Below, in pieces: positions 14,094 through 26,455 of a DNA stretch of 64,000 bases. The DNA is from Mizuhopecten yessoensis (taxonomy: Eukaryota): contig NW_018408629.1 of NCBI RefSeq assembly GCF_002113885.1, forward strand, positions 2,189,971-2,253,970, read 5' to 3'. Under the pieces are notes generated by a model. That model did not search any database. It was not told the origin of the DNA and worked only from the letters and a program-made list of their open reading frames with translations. Each line of letters begins with the position of its first letter. Position 1 is the stretch's first letter. The position numbers and the translations under genes were made by a program.

Positions 14094-14844
14094 GTAAGTG
14101 CTAGACAGTTGTAAAAATGTAGAAATTTAGTGTTTTGTTAATTATTATTAAAGATTGTAAGAATAGCGGTTAATGCGTTTAATTTATAAGTTTTTTTCTT
14201 TGAATCCCCACATTGTAATAATAATATAAGGAATAGGTATATCGAAAATATTAATGTTATGAATATAGATGGATGTGCCATATTGATTTACGTGTCCTAC
14301 TCTTTGGACTAATTAAGGTGCCGTAATACTGAATTATTCAGACACGTGCAATATTGCATCCTGTCCAACAATAGATTTAAATCAATACTTATGGAATGGT
14401 ATACACGGACTCGTTATAAATCTATAATCCCCTTCGTGGTACACCACAACGCATTGTTTTTGTTCGATTTACATGATCGACGTTCACAGCACTTTGTGTA
14501 TTATATATTTGTATTTGCTTTCCTATTGGTTCTGATAACTCACGTCTACAGGCCTATTCTAAATTATAAAAACAAGTGGGTTTTTTTGTTACTTAAGTTA
14601 CATTTTGATTAAACATAAAATATGTTCAGATTTACATTTTATCATGTTACTATTTTTACTGATGAAACTAAAACTATCGTTATATATAATTATGTTAATT
14701 TATTTTCAAGATTTCCGGATAAGTTTGTCCGACATACGGGCATGTCATTTTGATTACACGCTTCAGTCTGTTTACTGCTAATTTGCATATGCTATAGGCC
14801 TAGTATTTACATACGGCTGCAACAACAAAGTTGGAAACCGAAAG

Positions 14845-17800
14845 ATGGGGAACATTCACACTGTTGGGCCCAGTGAGGCTTTGGTAATTTCAGGTAAGTT
14901 TATAAAAATGTGAAGGTACATTTTCTCATCGTCAACTGGAATGCATAATGGTAATGCCAGAAGACGAAAGTCGGTCAGTTGATGAGATTCCGGCTGACCC
15001 ATCCATGGCTGTATATTTAACATGTTTCTTACCGTGACCTGTGGCAAATAAACATATTTGCAACTTAAAGTTTTATTAGGCATTGCTTATTAATGTCTTA
15101 TTTTATATACATCGTTACTTTTGATCGATTTAACACAGTCGCTGCAGATTCTCTGATGGGACCCAGAGAGGGTGTGTCGACATCGGTATGCGAATCCCTC
15201 ATCTGTAACTGGAAATATGTATCTCGTATTTCACTTATTTGGAGCGATCAAATTTCAGTTGTAAGCTTTCTAGAGTTCTTAAATTATTCGAGGTTAAATA
15301 ATTGGGAAAATACAGTTTTAAATGATATTTTAGCATTAATACTTGCAAGTCACGGGAAAGCAGTTGCGCAATTTTCTTGTTAAATTTCAAAATACTAATC
15401 AAGCCTCTTATCAAGGATGTTAGCCTAAATAGATCGAGCAACGTATATTGTAATGTTGATTACATAACCATTGTGTTTTTATTATGATCAGATAATCATA
15501 TAACTAACAAATAATTATTGTTTAGAAATTATGATTTAATTTTTACATTGAATTTTTCTTATTAAGGAAAAATAAATCAGATTTTTACTGTAACATGCCG
15601 ATGTAATGTTATATAATGATGAGATGTTTTTATTCTGAAAGGTCAACTAACAAGTGAAAAAAACCCCACTTATTTGTGTAAATCTAAACTTAAGTGTACA
15701 GACTACAGTAAACTGCCAAAACTAATTCAATGTGCCTTTAAAAAAAGAATGTACTTCTGTTCATTATTTTTTCAATATCTTTGCCAGGGGTCGAACCTGG
15801 GACCCTGAGTTTATTAGCCTTATGTGTTACGTGATGGTGAGAAAGACATTTTCTCTAGATCTACAACTGTACTAAGCCAGTCAGTAGAAAACAAAACTAG
15901 TATTTAACCAGGGACTGGGTGACATACAAAATAAATATGAAATTACAAATTTAATTATCATTCAATTTTTACTGAACTCTACTGAATTGCAATGCACTTG
16001 TTACATGAATTATTATGAAGAATGCCACTCCAAAAGCATATGGGGCTGCAGTGGCAAAGTGGTAAGGCGTCTTACATTCTGCTACCACTAGCCCTCCACC
16101 ACTGGGTCATTGTCATGAAACCTACGTGGGGCAATCGCCAGGTACTGGCCGTAGGTCAGTGTATTTTTCTCTGGGAACTTCAGCTTTCCTCCACCATCAA
16201 TACCTGGCACATCCTTTCAAATGACCATAGCTGTTAATAGGATGTTAAACACAAACAAACCAAACCAAATGCATATGTTGTTCCCCAAATTATATATATT
16301 CATATATGATTATAATTGAATTTCCAAGATAAAATTGTAATGCCTTAAAAAACAATTATTAAGGTAAAGAAAATGAAAGCATAACAAAAGGAAAATTCAG
16401 AAAAATTCAGTTGCTGTGTATAAATTTTTTATGTGATTGAATTCGTTTTTACAAACTAATTCAATGAAAAATTGTAGAAGGTATTAGTGTGGCTGTGTAG
16501 CAGGTTGGAAAGCTTGGAGTCTCAGGTTCAATCCAAGTTTAAAGCACACTACCTTCTTAGTTTTACAAATGGTGTCTAGATCTGTGGCCCTTGTGATGAT
16601 TTGCTAATTGGGTTGTGATGTTCAAGGCCATGTACACATGAACAAAAAGGGCTTGGAAGATATGGAAGTCTGTCATTGGTTCAGTCGACCCTGGTGGAGA
16701 AACACTTTGACCTGCTGGCTACATGTAGATTTATTCTAAATGAAAATAATCTTGAATGATGAGACTATTTTTACCCATGATGCTTAAATGTTTGTCAAAA
16801 TGTGATGATGAAGTATTAGATTTATCGTGCTTTAAGAAATTGGGCTTGAGCACAAAATCTGAGTTTGAGCATAAGAACGGTTTTAGGAATACAGGCTCTG
16901 ATCTTTGTTGACATATAAATGGTTAGTATACATATGCATGGACAACAATAAAGTGCAGTACATTGTTATTGTACATAAATCATTGTCTTGTGGTATTAAG
17001 ATGACATACTAATACATTTTTGTTATCTCCCCTGTAAACAGGAGGATGCTGGGGGGGGACTGCTCGTAAGATGATTGTCGGCGGCTGGGGTTGGGCCTGG
17101 TGTCTTGTCACAGATGTACAGACGTAAGTATATATACAGTGTATGTGCATCGTAAAACTGAACCAACTCTGTTTTCTCAAAGTTTTCAATCAGTTGTTGA
17201 GTTTGTAATCAAAATATAATTAAGGATAATGGAGTTTGGTAACAAATTATATAAGTCTTAATCATTCAAAGTAATTGATTAGATTCATCCAAGATAAACC
17301 TGGTCCCAGTATTGATCCACATGTGTGTATTTAATTGTTAATTAGTATTTATTGTTTGGAAGTAATGAGTCCAGCCAAACCAGAATTCAACAATTGACCC
17401 TCAAAATTACAGACACTACTGCGACTACAGCATAAATATGTTTGTCACTGGCAATTAATTGTAATCCAGTCCTGATCCTGTACACATCTTATTAATGATT
17501 CCTTACAATTGGTTAATTATAACTTAAATTTTGTATTGCTTGTCCACCTAGTACCATCCTCTCAATACCCAAGGGTAACACTCACTTTCGCTCACTGCAC
17601 CCCTGCAGGAATATGTAAATTGTAATAGAAAAATCAAACACTAGCTATTTGATTGGTTCTGGGTAAAAACTCCTGACCAATTGCTCCTTTCAAGATTACA
17701 GAGAAGCACAACCAGCTTCAAAACCAATCAATTTTACAGTAATGCGACTGAGATTCGTTTAATGTACATCAAAGCACCAAACTAGTCTTCTTATCATATC

Positions 17801-20800
17801 CACCAGGTGGTGCACACTAGTACTGAGCCTTCGATTTTGCTTTGACATGATATTCCAGGTACGCAGAGAGCGAAAGCGAGCGAAACTCCTGGAGTATCGA
17901 GGATGTCATAGTACAAATGTATACCTTGATAAATTACAATAAAAAACCACCAATAACTATGTATTTATGAAATTATGACACTCATACAAAAAATTGAAAT
18001 ATGTTGATCTGTTTTAACCCAGAATCTCCCTGGAGGTAATGACCTTGAACCCTGTGTGTGAGAGCGTGGAGACGTCCGAGGGTGTCCCCGTTACAGTGAC
18101 AGGGGTCGCCCAGTGTAAGATTATGCGGGAGCCAGAGATCCTGAAGACGGCCTGCGAGCAGTTCCTCGGCAAATCTGTCCAGCACATAGAACATGTCATC
18201 CTCCAGACTCTGGAAGGCCATCTCCGTGCTATCTTAGGTAGGTTTTTCTGTAGCCAGACTCTGGAAGGCCATCTCTGTGCTATCTTGGGTAGGGTTTTCT
18301 GTAGCCAGACTCTGGAAGGCCATCTCCGTGCTATCTTAGGTAGGGTTTTCTGTAGTGATTTATAAGAATATGAGCTAGGAAATAGTGTCACTAGGAAATT
18401 CACCATGGATCCTTTAACAAGTACTGAAGTAGTATATATATATATTCTTAATTTATACTAACGTTGTTGCTAGCTTATGCATATTTTACATCTTTAACAT
18501 CCTCAGCAAGGTCCATTTATATTTAAAGGACTCATTCCTAATTGATTTTCTTTTCTTTTCGATTTGCTCCTTTAAAAGTCCTAATTGGAAAATTTAAAAA
18601 CATACAATGTAAATGAGTTCTCAAAACGCGTTATATGTAGGAACTAGGAAGGACAGAATGATCCTGCTGTCTTAAAGATAAGCTTAAATATAAGTCTAAT
18701 GATCCTTCAGATTTCATCATTTCCCAAAACGGTTCTTATGTTGATAATTTTTTCCCCAATTTCATCCCCATAAACCCCTGGTTATAGTGTACATCAAAAA
18801 AAGGAGCCTCACCAGTAATTAACATATTTATTGCCCCAAATTTGAGCAGAGGATTAAGCACAAGTTATATCAACTTATCAACGGCTTTTTCTCTTAATAC
18901 AGTACATATTGATATTTACATGATAACATTTAACAAGGCATATATAGTATATTTTACAATTATTATATTTTACTTAAAATCTGTTGCTGGATTTGATGAA
19001 AAGTTGCATGTGTCTGAATACTTCTGTATTGGTATCTACGGACAGATTTTCATTCCCGAATATAAACGAGTTTATGTTTTAAAATAGCGTAATTTGTGCT
19101 GTATTATAAAGTTTACATTCTAAGAAAAATGACCAACATCCTCACAGGAATGTCCACAAGCGCATGATGGCTTATCAACAATCTTAACACGGAACAAATC
19201 ATTTTTCAAAGAGCTGCACTGATGCCTGAGTTTCGTATGTAATATGTTTAAATTGCGTTCGCCAAAATTATAATAAGATGGTGGAGACGAATTTGCACCA
19301 CTGAATATAGCAGAATTTAAAAGTATTTAACGATGGCAATGTTCTTATTGTATTGTCGAACGAATTCCAAAGACGTAAACTTGATGGCAAAATAAGAAGA
19401 GTTGCTTGAGGAGAGTCTGAAAGAAGAAATATTGTAATCCTATTGGTTCCTTAAATTGTACCGATTCTTGTTAACCACTGTGTTTGGCAAAAGGGCCAAT
19501 AAATAGCTGGGGGTTAAGTTGTTTTTCATTTTATATAAAATATTCAATTTTCGCCTTTTTCTCCTCTCTGATAATGTTTCTAAACCCATTTCAAGATATA
19601 ATGAATCATTACTTGTATAAGAAGGCAGTCCTGTTATAACTCGAGCCGCCTCTCTTTGAGCTTTCTCTTATTTCTCAGATTCCCATAATTCACAGGCATA
19701 TTCAAAAACTGGTAAAATGAAAGATTTACAAATTTTTAAAAGTGAATCTCTTTTCAAGAAGTATTTGAGTTTTCGTAAAACATTAAAACATTAATCTTTT
19801 TCATAACCGAACTATAAACTGCCTCAACATGACTTCCCATTTTCTATTGAATTGAAATTTACTCCTAAATGTCTATGTACGTCTGTAAAATTAAAAAAAT
19901 TTCGCATCAAACATCAAATCCAAGTCGTCGTCAATATCGTTTGCATTTGAAATAAAAAGAACGTCCGTTGTTTTTGAGGATTAAAAGAAACCAACCAACG
20001 TTTAGCCCACTGATTTACAGATTCTAGGTCCTTGTTGAGAACAGTCTGTATTTCATAGCATGAAAATCTGCAAATAACCTGTTGGCCGAATCAAGTACAT
20101 CAGTAATATCATTAATATATATCCAAAAGAGAAGCGGCCCGAGCATTGACCCTTTAGGTACACCTGCGTCAATATTACCTAGTTCCAAAAATGAATTTCT
20201 GATTAAAACTTTCTGTTTGCGCCTTTATAAATAATTTTCGAGCCAATGCAATAGTTCCCCTGAAATTCCGTACGCTTCTAACTTTGCTATCAAGCCCCTG
20301 TGCCAAACACGATCAAACGCCTTTGATATATCACAAATAATAATGCAGGTATGTTTTATTTCTTCTAAAGCAATACAAATATTATGGTAAGTTTCAATAA
20401 GTTGATAAACAGGAGAATGACAAGGCATACAACCTTACTGGTATCGATAAAACAAGCGATTTTCCAAAAAGTAATTATACAAGTGTTTGTAAACTACACG
20501 CTCAAACACTGTACCAACTGTAGATAGTAGGGGTATAGGTCTATAGTTACACGGCGTATGACAATCACCCTTTTCGAAAAGCGGCATAACAGTTGCAAGT
20601 TTCCATTTATTTGAACAACAAACGAAGAAAGTGACATGTTAAAAAGTATTTAAAGTGGTTTGCAGATGGAGTTAATAGCAGTATACTTCAGCACATGATG
20701 ACTAATCCCCTCCCCTCCCTAAGCTTTCCCTAGCTTTAAAACTTGTAAAACATCTTTTATTTTTGAATGATTTAACCGCAAAGATACAAAACGTTTATCT

Positions 20801-23800
20801 GTTTTGGATTCAATCAACGGAACTGGAATATCAACATCATTAACACGGGTTATACTACAAAAATATTTTTTAAGTAAACAGGCTTTATCGTCATCCTTTG
20901 AAAAAGTACTATTTGTCGCTGGGTCCGTCATTGAAGGAATGTTTTGATAATGTCCACCGGATTTTAACATATTTCAACTGTGTCGAATAATTGTGTTCCT
21001 CAGGTACACTGAGTGTAGAAGCTATCTACCAGGACCGAGACCAATTTGCTCAGTTAGTCCGAGAAGTTGCCTCCCCTGACGTAGGAAAGATGGGTATTGA
21101 AATTCTGAGTTTTACCATCAAAGACATCTTCGACAATGTGCAGTACTTGCAGTCCTTGGGAAGAGCACAGACTGCCAATGTCAAACGTGATGCAGACATA
21201 GGTGTCGCTGAGGCTAGTAGAGATGCCGGAATCAGGGTAGGTTTCCATAGTTAAATTAAAATGCAATGCTTTTGATTTAACTCATTCACCCCTGAAATTT
21301 CATAATGAACTATTCCAACCTTTGAATTGGAAGAGTTCATTTGTGTCTTCAGGGATGAATGAGTTAATACTGTAAACAAGGAAATATTCATAGCAGTTTA
21401 ACTTTCTCCTTCCTTAATGAGGGAAGATTTATCTTACTGATAAGTACACAGTATATACTGGTACAATATATTATAGTACACAGCATGTACACTATATATT
21501 AAGTATGTGAAGGATGAAGTTGACACTGGTTATACTGGTTTTCACAGTAAAGGGTTTGATGGAGTGAACAATCGACTCGTATGATGTGTTTAATCTATTT
21601 AGGTAACAGACCAAAAACTAAAAATGTCCTTTGCACCTAGCTAGGTTTGCAGTAGTTTTGTGTTTGTAAAAAATGCACATTAGTTAATCACGATATGTTG
21701 ATTTTTTATTTTTATTTTATTTTTTACGATGTCTCCATATCATTTACTGGTACGTGTAACAAATAATACTTTATTTGATAATGTACATTTACATAAAATC
21801 AGATTTAAAAGATTCTTAAATATGAATTGAACCTATTATCAAGTATACTGTAGTCAAATTACGGTAGTTATAAGTTCAAAAAAAAAAAGAAGAAAACTTG
21901 TGAGCTATTAAACCTCCTCTACTCATAGTTCATTAAAATTTCATGATCTTTTACTAAATATATAAATGATACCGTTGGAAGCACGGTCCCACTACAAACA
22001 GAACACAATACATCTCCAGCACACACACACAGGCATACACACATAGGTAGATATATATATAGCCAGGTGGCATAAGTCTAGTAGTTAGCACCTGATAAGG
22101 CAGCTCCTGCGAATTCCTCAATATTGTATTGATTAATATATATGCTTATTGTATTGACTGTATAAAATTGTATATCTATGTACTGTAAATCGCTTTAGAG
22201 TGGCTTATGTTAGCTAGATAGGGCACTATATCAAATGTTGTATATTTTATATAAATATGTGTCAATTCCCAAAAAAAAATGTAGCTGAAGTGTCAATATT
22301 TTGCTACACTTGGTTCCACTTTTCAGCCCATCAGTTTAAAAAAAAAAATAAGCACCTACCTGTAGTTAGTTTATTTTGATCTGATTGTGATGAATTTCGT
22401 GACAGGAAGCCGAATGTGACAACAAGAGAATGGATGCTAAATACAGGGCCGATGCCAAAATAGCCGACGCATCCAGAGAATACCAGATGCAGAAGGCTGG
22501 GTTTGATATGGAAGTCAATGCTAAGGTAAAATATATACAACCCTGATCAGTACTAGATACCTGTCCAATTGTTGTAGGGGCAAACTTTGAGTTCCTGGAA
22601 CACATTGCTGGGTTTCAATGTTATACGACACCAGTAATACTAGGCAGTCCTATCTAACATTCTTGTGAGAAGGCACCACATTTACAGGGTTGATATTTAT
22701 GTCACGTTTACAGGGTTGATATTTATGTCATGTTTACAGGGTTGATATTTATGTCGCGTTTACAGGGTTGATATTTATGTCACGTTTACAAGGTTGATAT
22801 TTATGTCATGTTTACAGGGTTGATATTTATGTCATGTTTACAGGGTTGATATTTATGTCAAGTTTACAGGGTTGATATTTATGTCACTAATACATCACAG
22901 ATAATTTGCTTTCATACAAAATTTTAGATTTCAGTGGTCATAGTTTTTTTATAACTGATTTGAACAAAGAGTAAGGAGTATTGTGCATCAGTTTCTTGAT
23001 TATTTCTTGGTTGTTGTTTATATTGGCGTTTGATTTGATTTTAAGATAACACATTGAAAATGCAACTCAATGCACACCAAAATGGTGTCACCATGACCCC
23101 ACTTAATCTTTGACTTTGAACTTAAATACTAATTTCCAAGTTCCAACACATATCACTCTCCGACTCATGTCAGAAGATCAAACTTGGTAGACAATAGAAA
23201 TCACCCACACATACGCCACCAGCGACCAGTGACTTGATCTGCTGACTAAACTAAAGTCCTTAAAGGGAAGCAGTCACTTGCCAAAAAAAGATGAGATTGG
23301 ACAACTACCAAAACATATTTGGCTGACTCCCAATTTCCAGCGCATATTTCAACCACAGATTCATGTATATGGAGATGAGTGTTTTCCATTCCAAAATGTG
23401 GTGACAGCAGCTTCAAATGACCTTTGACCTTGACCTCAAGTACTGATATATAGGTTTTCTGCATTGTAGAGTCTGGATAGCATTTAGAAAAGGCCCGTAC
23501 CTCGCAAAATCAACTGTCCCACAAGAAAAAGTTACTGGCCAGGGCCAGAGGGCTATTGGCTTAACCAACCCATGCTAAAAAAGAAAAATTGCAAGATGAT
23601 TGTTAAGCAACTTTGAGTGTGACATCATAATAGCATATTAATAACATATAGAATTGTTTCTTCATTGTATAGAAAGCTGAGGCTGAATTAGCATATGAGC
23701 TGCAAGGGGCCAAGGAGAGGCAGAGGATCAGAGCAGAAGAGATTGAAATTGATGTTGTGGAGCGAAAGAAGCAGATTGACGTTGAGGAAAAAGAAATCTT

Positions 23801-25227
23801 GAGAAAGGAGAAGGAACTGATGGCTACTGTGAAGCGACCAACAGAGGCATCAGCTTACAAAACTGAACAACTTGCAGAGGGTAGAAGGTTGGTACAGTAC
23901 AGTACGCCTACATCTTGACATGTTGTTACAGCTGTCAAATTATCAATGTTTACCGCAATTTCTTATGTACGCCCTCTTATCATGTGGTATGCGCATCTAT
24001 ATCCTGGTCAAATCCAGCGAGAAAATGTTTCTCGAAAACAATGTATATACATATGTCCTTACTTCCTGTTATAATGAACATATTTAGGATGTGCTTCGGT
24101 TAAAAAAGTGGTGGTTTGTTTCCAAGATTTAGTAATGCATTCTAAAACCAGACACAGACTTGTCCACCTACTAGAGAAAGATTTTTGATGAATTAACACT
24201 TGTGTATTAAATCCAGGACCCAGACCGTGGAGGCAGCCCGAGCTGATGCCGAGAGGATCCGACTTATTGGTGGGGCTGAAGCCGCAGCCATAGAGGCAGT
24301 CGGTAAGGCTGAGGCCGAGAAGATGAGACTAAAGGCAGCAGCTTACAAACAGTACGGAGACGCTGCTATGCTGAGTATGGTGTTGGAAACTCTACCCAAG
24401 GTAAAATGTTATTAGCCTCCACAGCTCTTGGCTCCAAAAGATTTATTTTAACCCAGCCCAAGTTGTTGTCTTGATTTTCTAGAATGTCTTTTTTTTTTTA
24501 TTACGTTTGATATACATTTCAGTTTTGTTTTATTTAGGAATATGAACTGATTTGAACAGAGGATTTTATATATATAAAAAAAATACTTTAGACTCAATTT
24601 GAAACAACAAATAGATGGTGATTGAAGTGTTACTGTGTATGATTTTTTTTTCTTACCTGATTTTTCAATTGTATGAAAATGATCATATTTCTCACCCAAG
24701 GTTCTTTCCTTAAGAAAATTAGAAAAAAGAGCTAGTCTCTGAAAGATTTGTTTTACTACGCTCAGTTACACATGAATACTTTATGTGGAAATTTTGTTTC
24801 TAGATTGCTGCTGAAGTGTCGGCACCATTGTCGAAGACGGAAGAAATTGTCATGATTGGAGATGACCGCACCACAAGCGAGGTCAGCCGACTGATCAGTC
24901 AGCTCCCACCAGCTGTGCAGGCCTTGACCGGGGTAGATCTGTCAAAGGTAGGCTGTGCTGCTTGTTTTAACACTCTTCAGATTATAACCTTATACATGTG
25001 AAAGTAATTTTCATTATATATTAAGTAGAGATTGTTCATTAAACACAATTTTGTCAATAATCTACTAATGATAATTATAAATATTGTGTGAGATTTTGAT
25101 TAGGAATCTATTAGGATTATCAAAACGTAATCATATTATCAAAATTAAGAACTATTGTTTTATAGGAATTAACTGTCATTTATTTTCTTCACAGGTTCTT
25201 GCTAAGGTTCCGGGCGCCACCTCATAA
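14845..25227 (+). CDS. FLOT2: Flotillin-2 (reggie-1), complete, 9 coding exons, 424 aa
   Basis: Exons 14845-14893, 17042-17123, 18023-18237, 21004-21236, 22406-22525, 23673-23887, 24217-24400, 24804-24947, 25195-25227; GT-AG, frame continuous. MGNIHTVGPSEALVISGG..., ACEQFLGK, QTLEGHLRAILGTLSVEAIYQDRDQFAQLVREVASPDVGKMGIEILSFTIKD, AEA-rich flotillin coil, ALTGVDLSK; the N-terminus is FLOT2-type. Confidence 0.96.
16042..16269 (+). mobile_element. tRNA-derived SINE (V/Meta-like central domain)
   Basis: Head ggggctgcagTGGCAAAGTGGtaag (A-box-like), central ttctctgggaacttcagctttcctccacca, tail aaatgacc..gctgttaataggatgttaaac(aaac)n; homologous to 54301-54525. Confidence 0.75.
17555..17905. mobile_element. 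About 350-bp MITE with CATC...GATG terminal inverted repeats (uninterrupted relative of the MITE at 45393-51174)
   Basis: Left catcctctcaatacccaagggtaacactcactttcgctc, right gagagcgaaagcgagcgaaactcctggagtatcgaggatg; interior (gctatttgattggt...aggtggtgcacact) homologous to 45393-45664 plus 51087-51174. Confidence 0.8.
18203..18355 (+). repeat. 3 x 51-bp tandem repeat spanning the FLOT2 exon 3 donor
   Basis: Units start 18203, 18254, 18305: CCAGACTCTGGAAGGCCATCTC(C/T)GTGCTATCTT(A/G)G|GTAGG(T/G)TTTTCTGTAG. Confidence 0.95.
18820..20980 (-). mobile_element. 5'-truncated, frameshifted CR1-type LINE in FLOT2 intron 3 (antisense to host)
   Basis: CIIICDISKAFDRVWHRGLIAKLEAYGISGELLHWLENYL (20225-20428) and KDVLQVLKLGKA (20719-20970); 3' end on minus ...taagttgatataacttgtgcttaatcc...aataaatatgtt near 18820. 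Confidence 0.85.
21277..21367. mobile_element. About 90-bp TTAA-flanked foldback MITE (family 1)
   Basis: TTAActcattcacccctgaa ... ttcagggatgaatgagTTAA, near-perfect TIRs with an internal gaactattccaa/ttggaagagttc hairpin. Confidence 0.75.
22681..22887 (+). repeat. Minisatellite, 8 x 26 bp (tttacagggttgatatttatgtcatg)
   Basis: Direct tandem copies with 0-2 substitutions, in FLOT2 intron 5. Confidence 0.95.
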
Positions 25228-26364
25228 ACATAATCACCAGTCGTTGTTGCAGCAAAATATCAAGGCCACTCCCTTTTACCCATTTCAAACTTGAAGAGGA
25301 GGATTACCTCTGCTAAAAACAATACACAAAACTATTTCGGTGAAGAACGGCAGTACGGTTATACAGGGGTAAACGCCAACAAAAACAACAGGATAATATA
25401 CATGGAGTAGTCTTGTGTGATTTTTTCTCATCGCTGGATGGGTTACTAGCTGACCTGAGTCACCTTTTCTGAACTTTGTACGTCAGTTTCCAAGTGTAGT
25501 TGTCCTTTTATTTGCATGCACCGTGTATATGATAATGTAATTGTATTTGGACTTACATGATTTTCTTGCAGATACAGAGATACCTCCGCCCTCAAGTACG
25601 GGTTTGGACTCCCTAGTTTTACCGCAATCGGGCGAGTCCATGTAAAAACAAGGGTGGAATCATTTATTTTATTCAGATTTTTAAAATAGAAAATCAGTAT
25701 CATCGCTAAGTTCTGATTGGACCAGAAAAATAACTATGGTGTTATGGCACCTTCCACAATCAAGTCTGATATTATTTGAGATTTAATATGAAAAAATCTT
25801 CAAAAAACATGCAATAATTGTATAGTTTTTGTCAGGGTCTTCATTGAGAGTTATTCCAGATGTGAACAAATAATGTATTTTCAAAATAGGATTTAATAAG
25901 ATCTTTTGAGACTGAAATAAATTGATCTTGTCACATCATGATAGACTAATTTGTTTGTGGTATTAGTTAACCAAAGTATGTTAATTAGATCTCATTTTCC
26001 ATTGCTGTATAGGTATAGATTTAACCCCATGTTTTTACTTTGTTGTTCTTGGTTTAAATCAAAGTTTTAAGAAGCAGAAACATGTTTACCTATGGGCAAT
26101 TGTTAATGTCAGGTTATGTGACATCATCTGTGCCGAAACAACAAAAACGTCTAGCTGAGGATATGTTTAAAATGGCATAATTATGAATATTTGGGAAAAA
26201 ATGGATTCTTCACAGAATGTTTCGGAAATTTGAGATATTTACAATCCAAATTTTACTTAATTTTATAACACCAAAATAATATTTCGTATTTGGTTGATTT
26301 GATTTACCTGTGTATTTACAGATGATATCAAGTGAAATCAATGTGTTGTGTGTCGGAACAAACT

Positions 26365-26455
26365 TTAACCCTTTCATCCCTATGTAACTTTAATAAACTC
26401 TACCATGCATTGATCTGGATAAGTCCATTATGGTCTACAGTGGTGAAAGGGTTAA
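26365..26455. mobile_element. About 90-bp piggyBac-type MITE (family 2)
   Basis: TTAA-CCCTTTCA ... TGAAAGGG-TTAA; further copies at about 52808-52898 and, reversed, 56337-56426. Confidence 0.75.

Noticed and set aside
16042-16120. tRNA gene (also 54450-54525)
   Set aside because: A-box-like head but no cloverleaf or intact B box, and it continues into SINE body and tail.
18238-18253. 16-nt GT...AG micro-introns within the FLOT2 repeat
   Set aside because: Too short for the animal spliceosome, and removing 16 nt would shift the frame.
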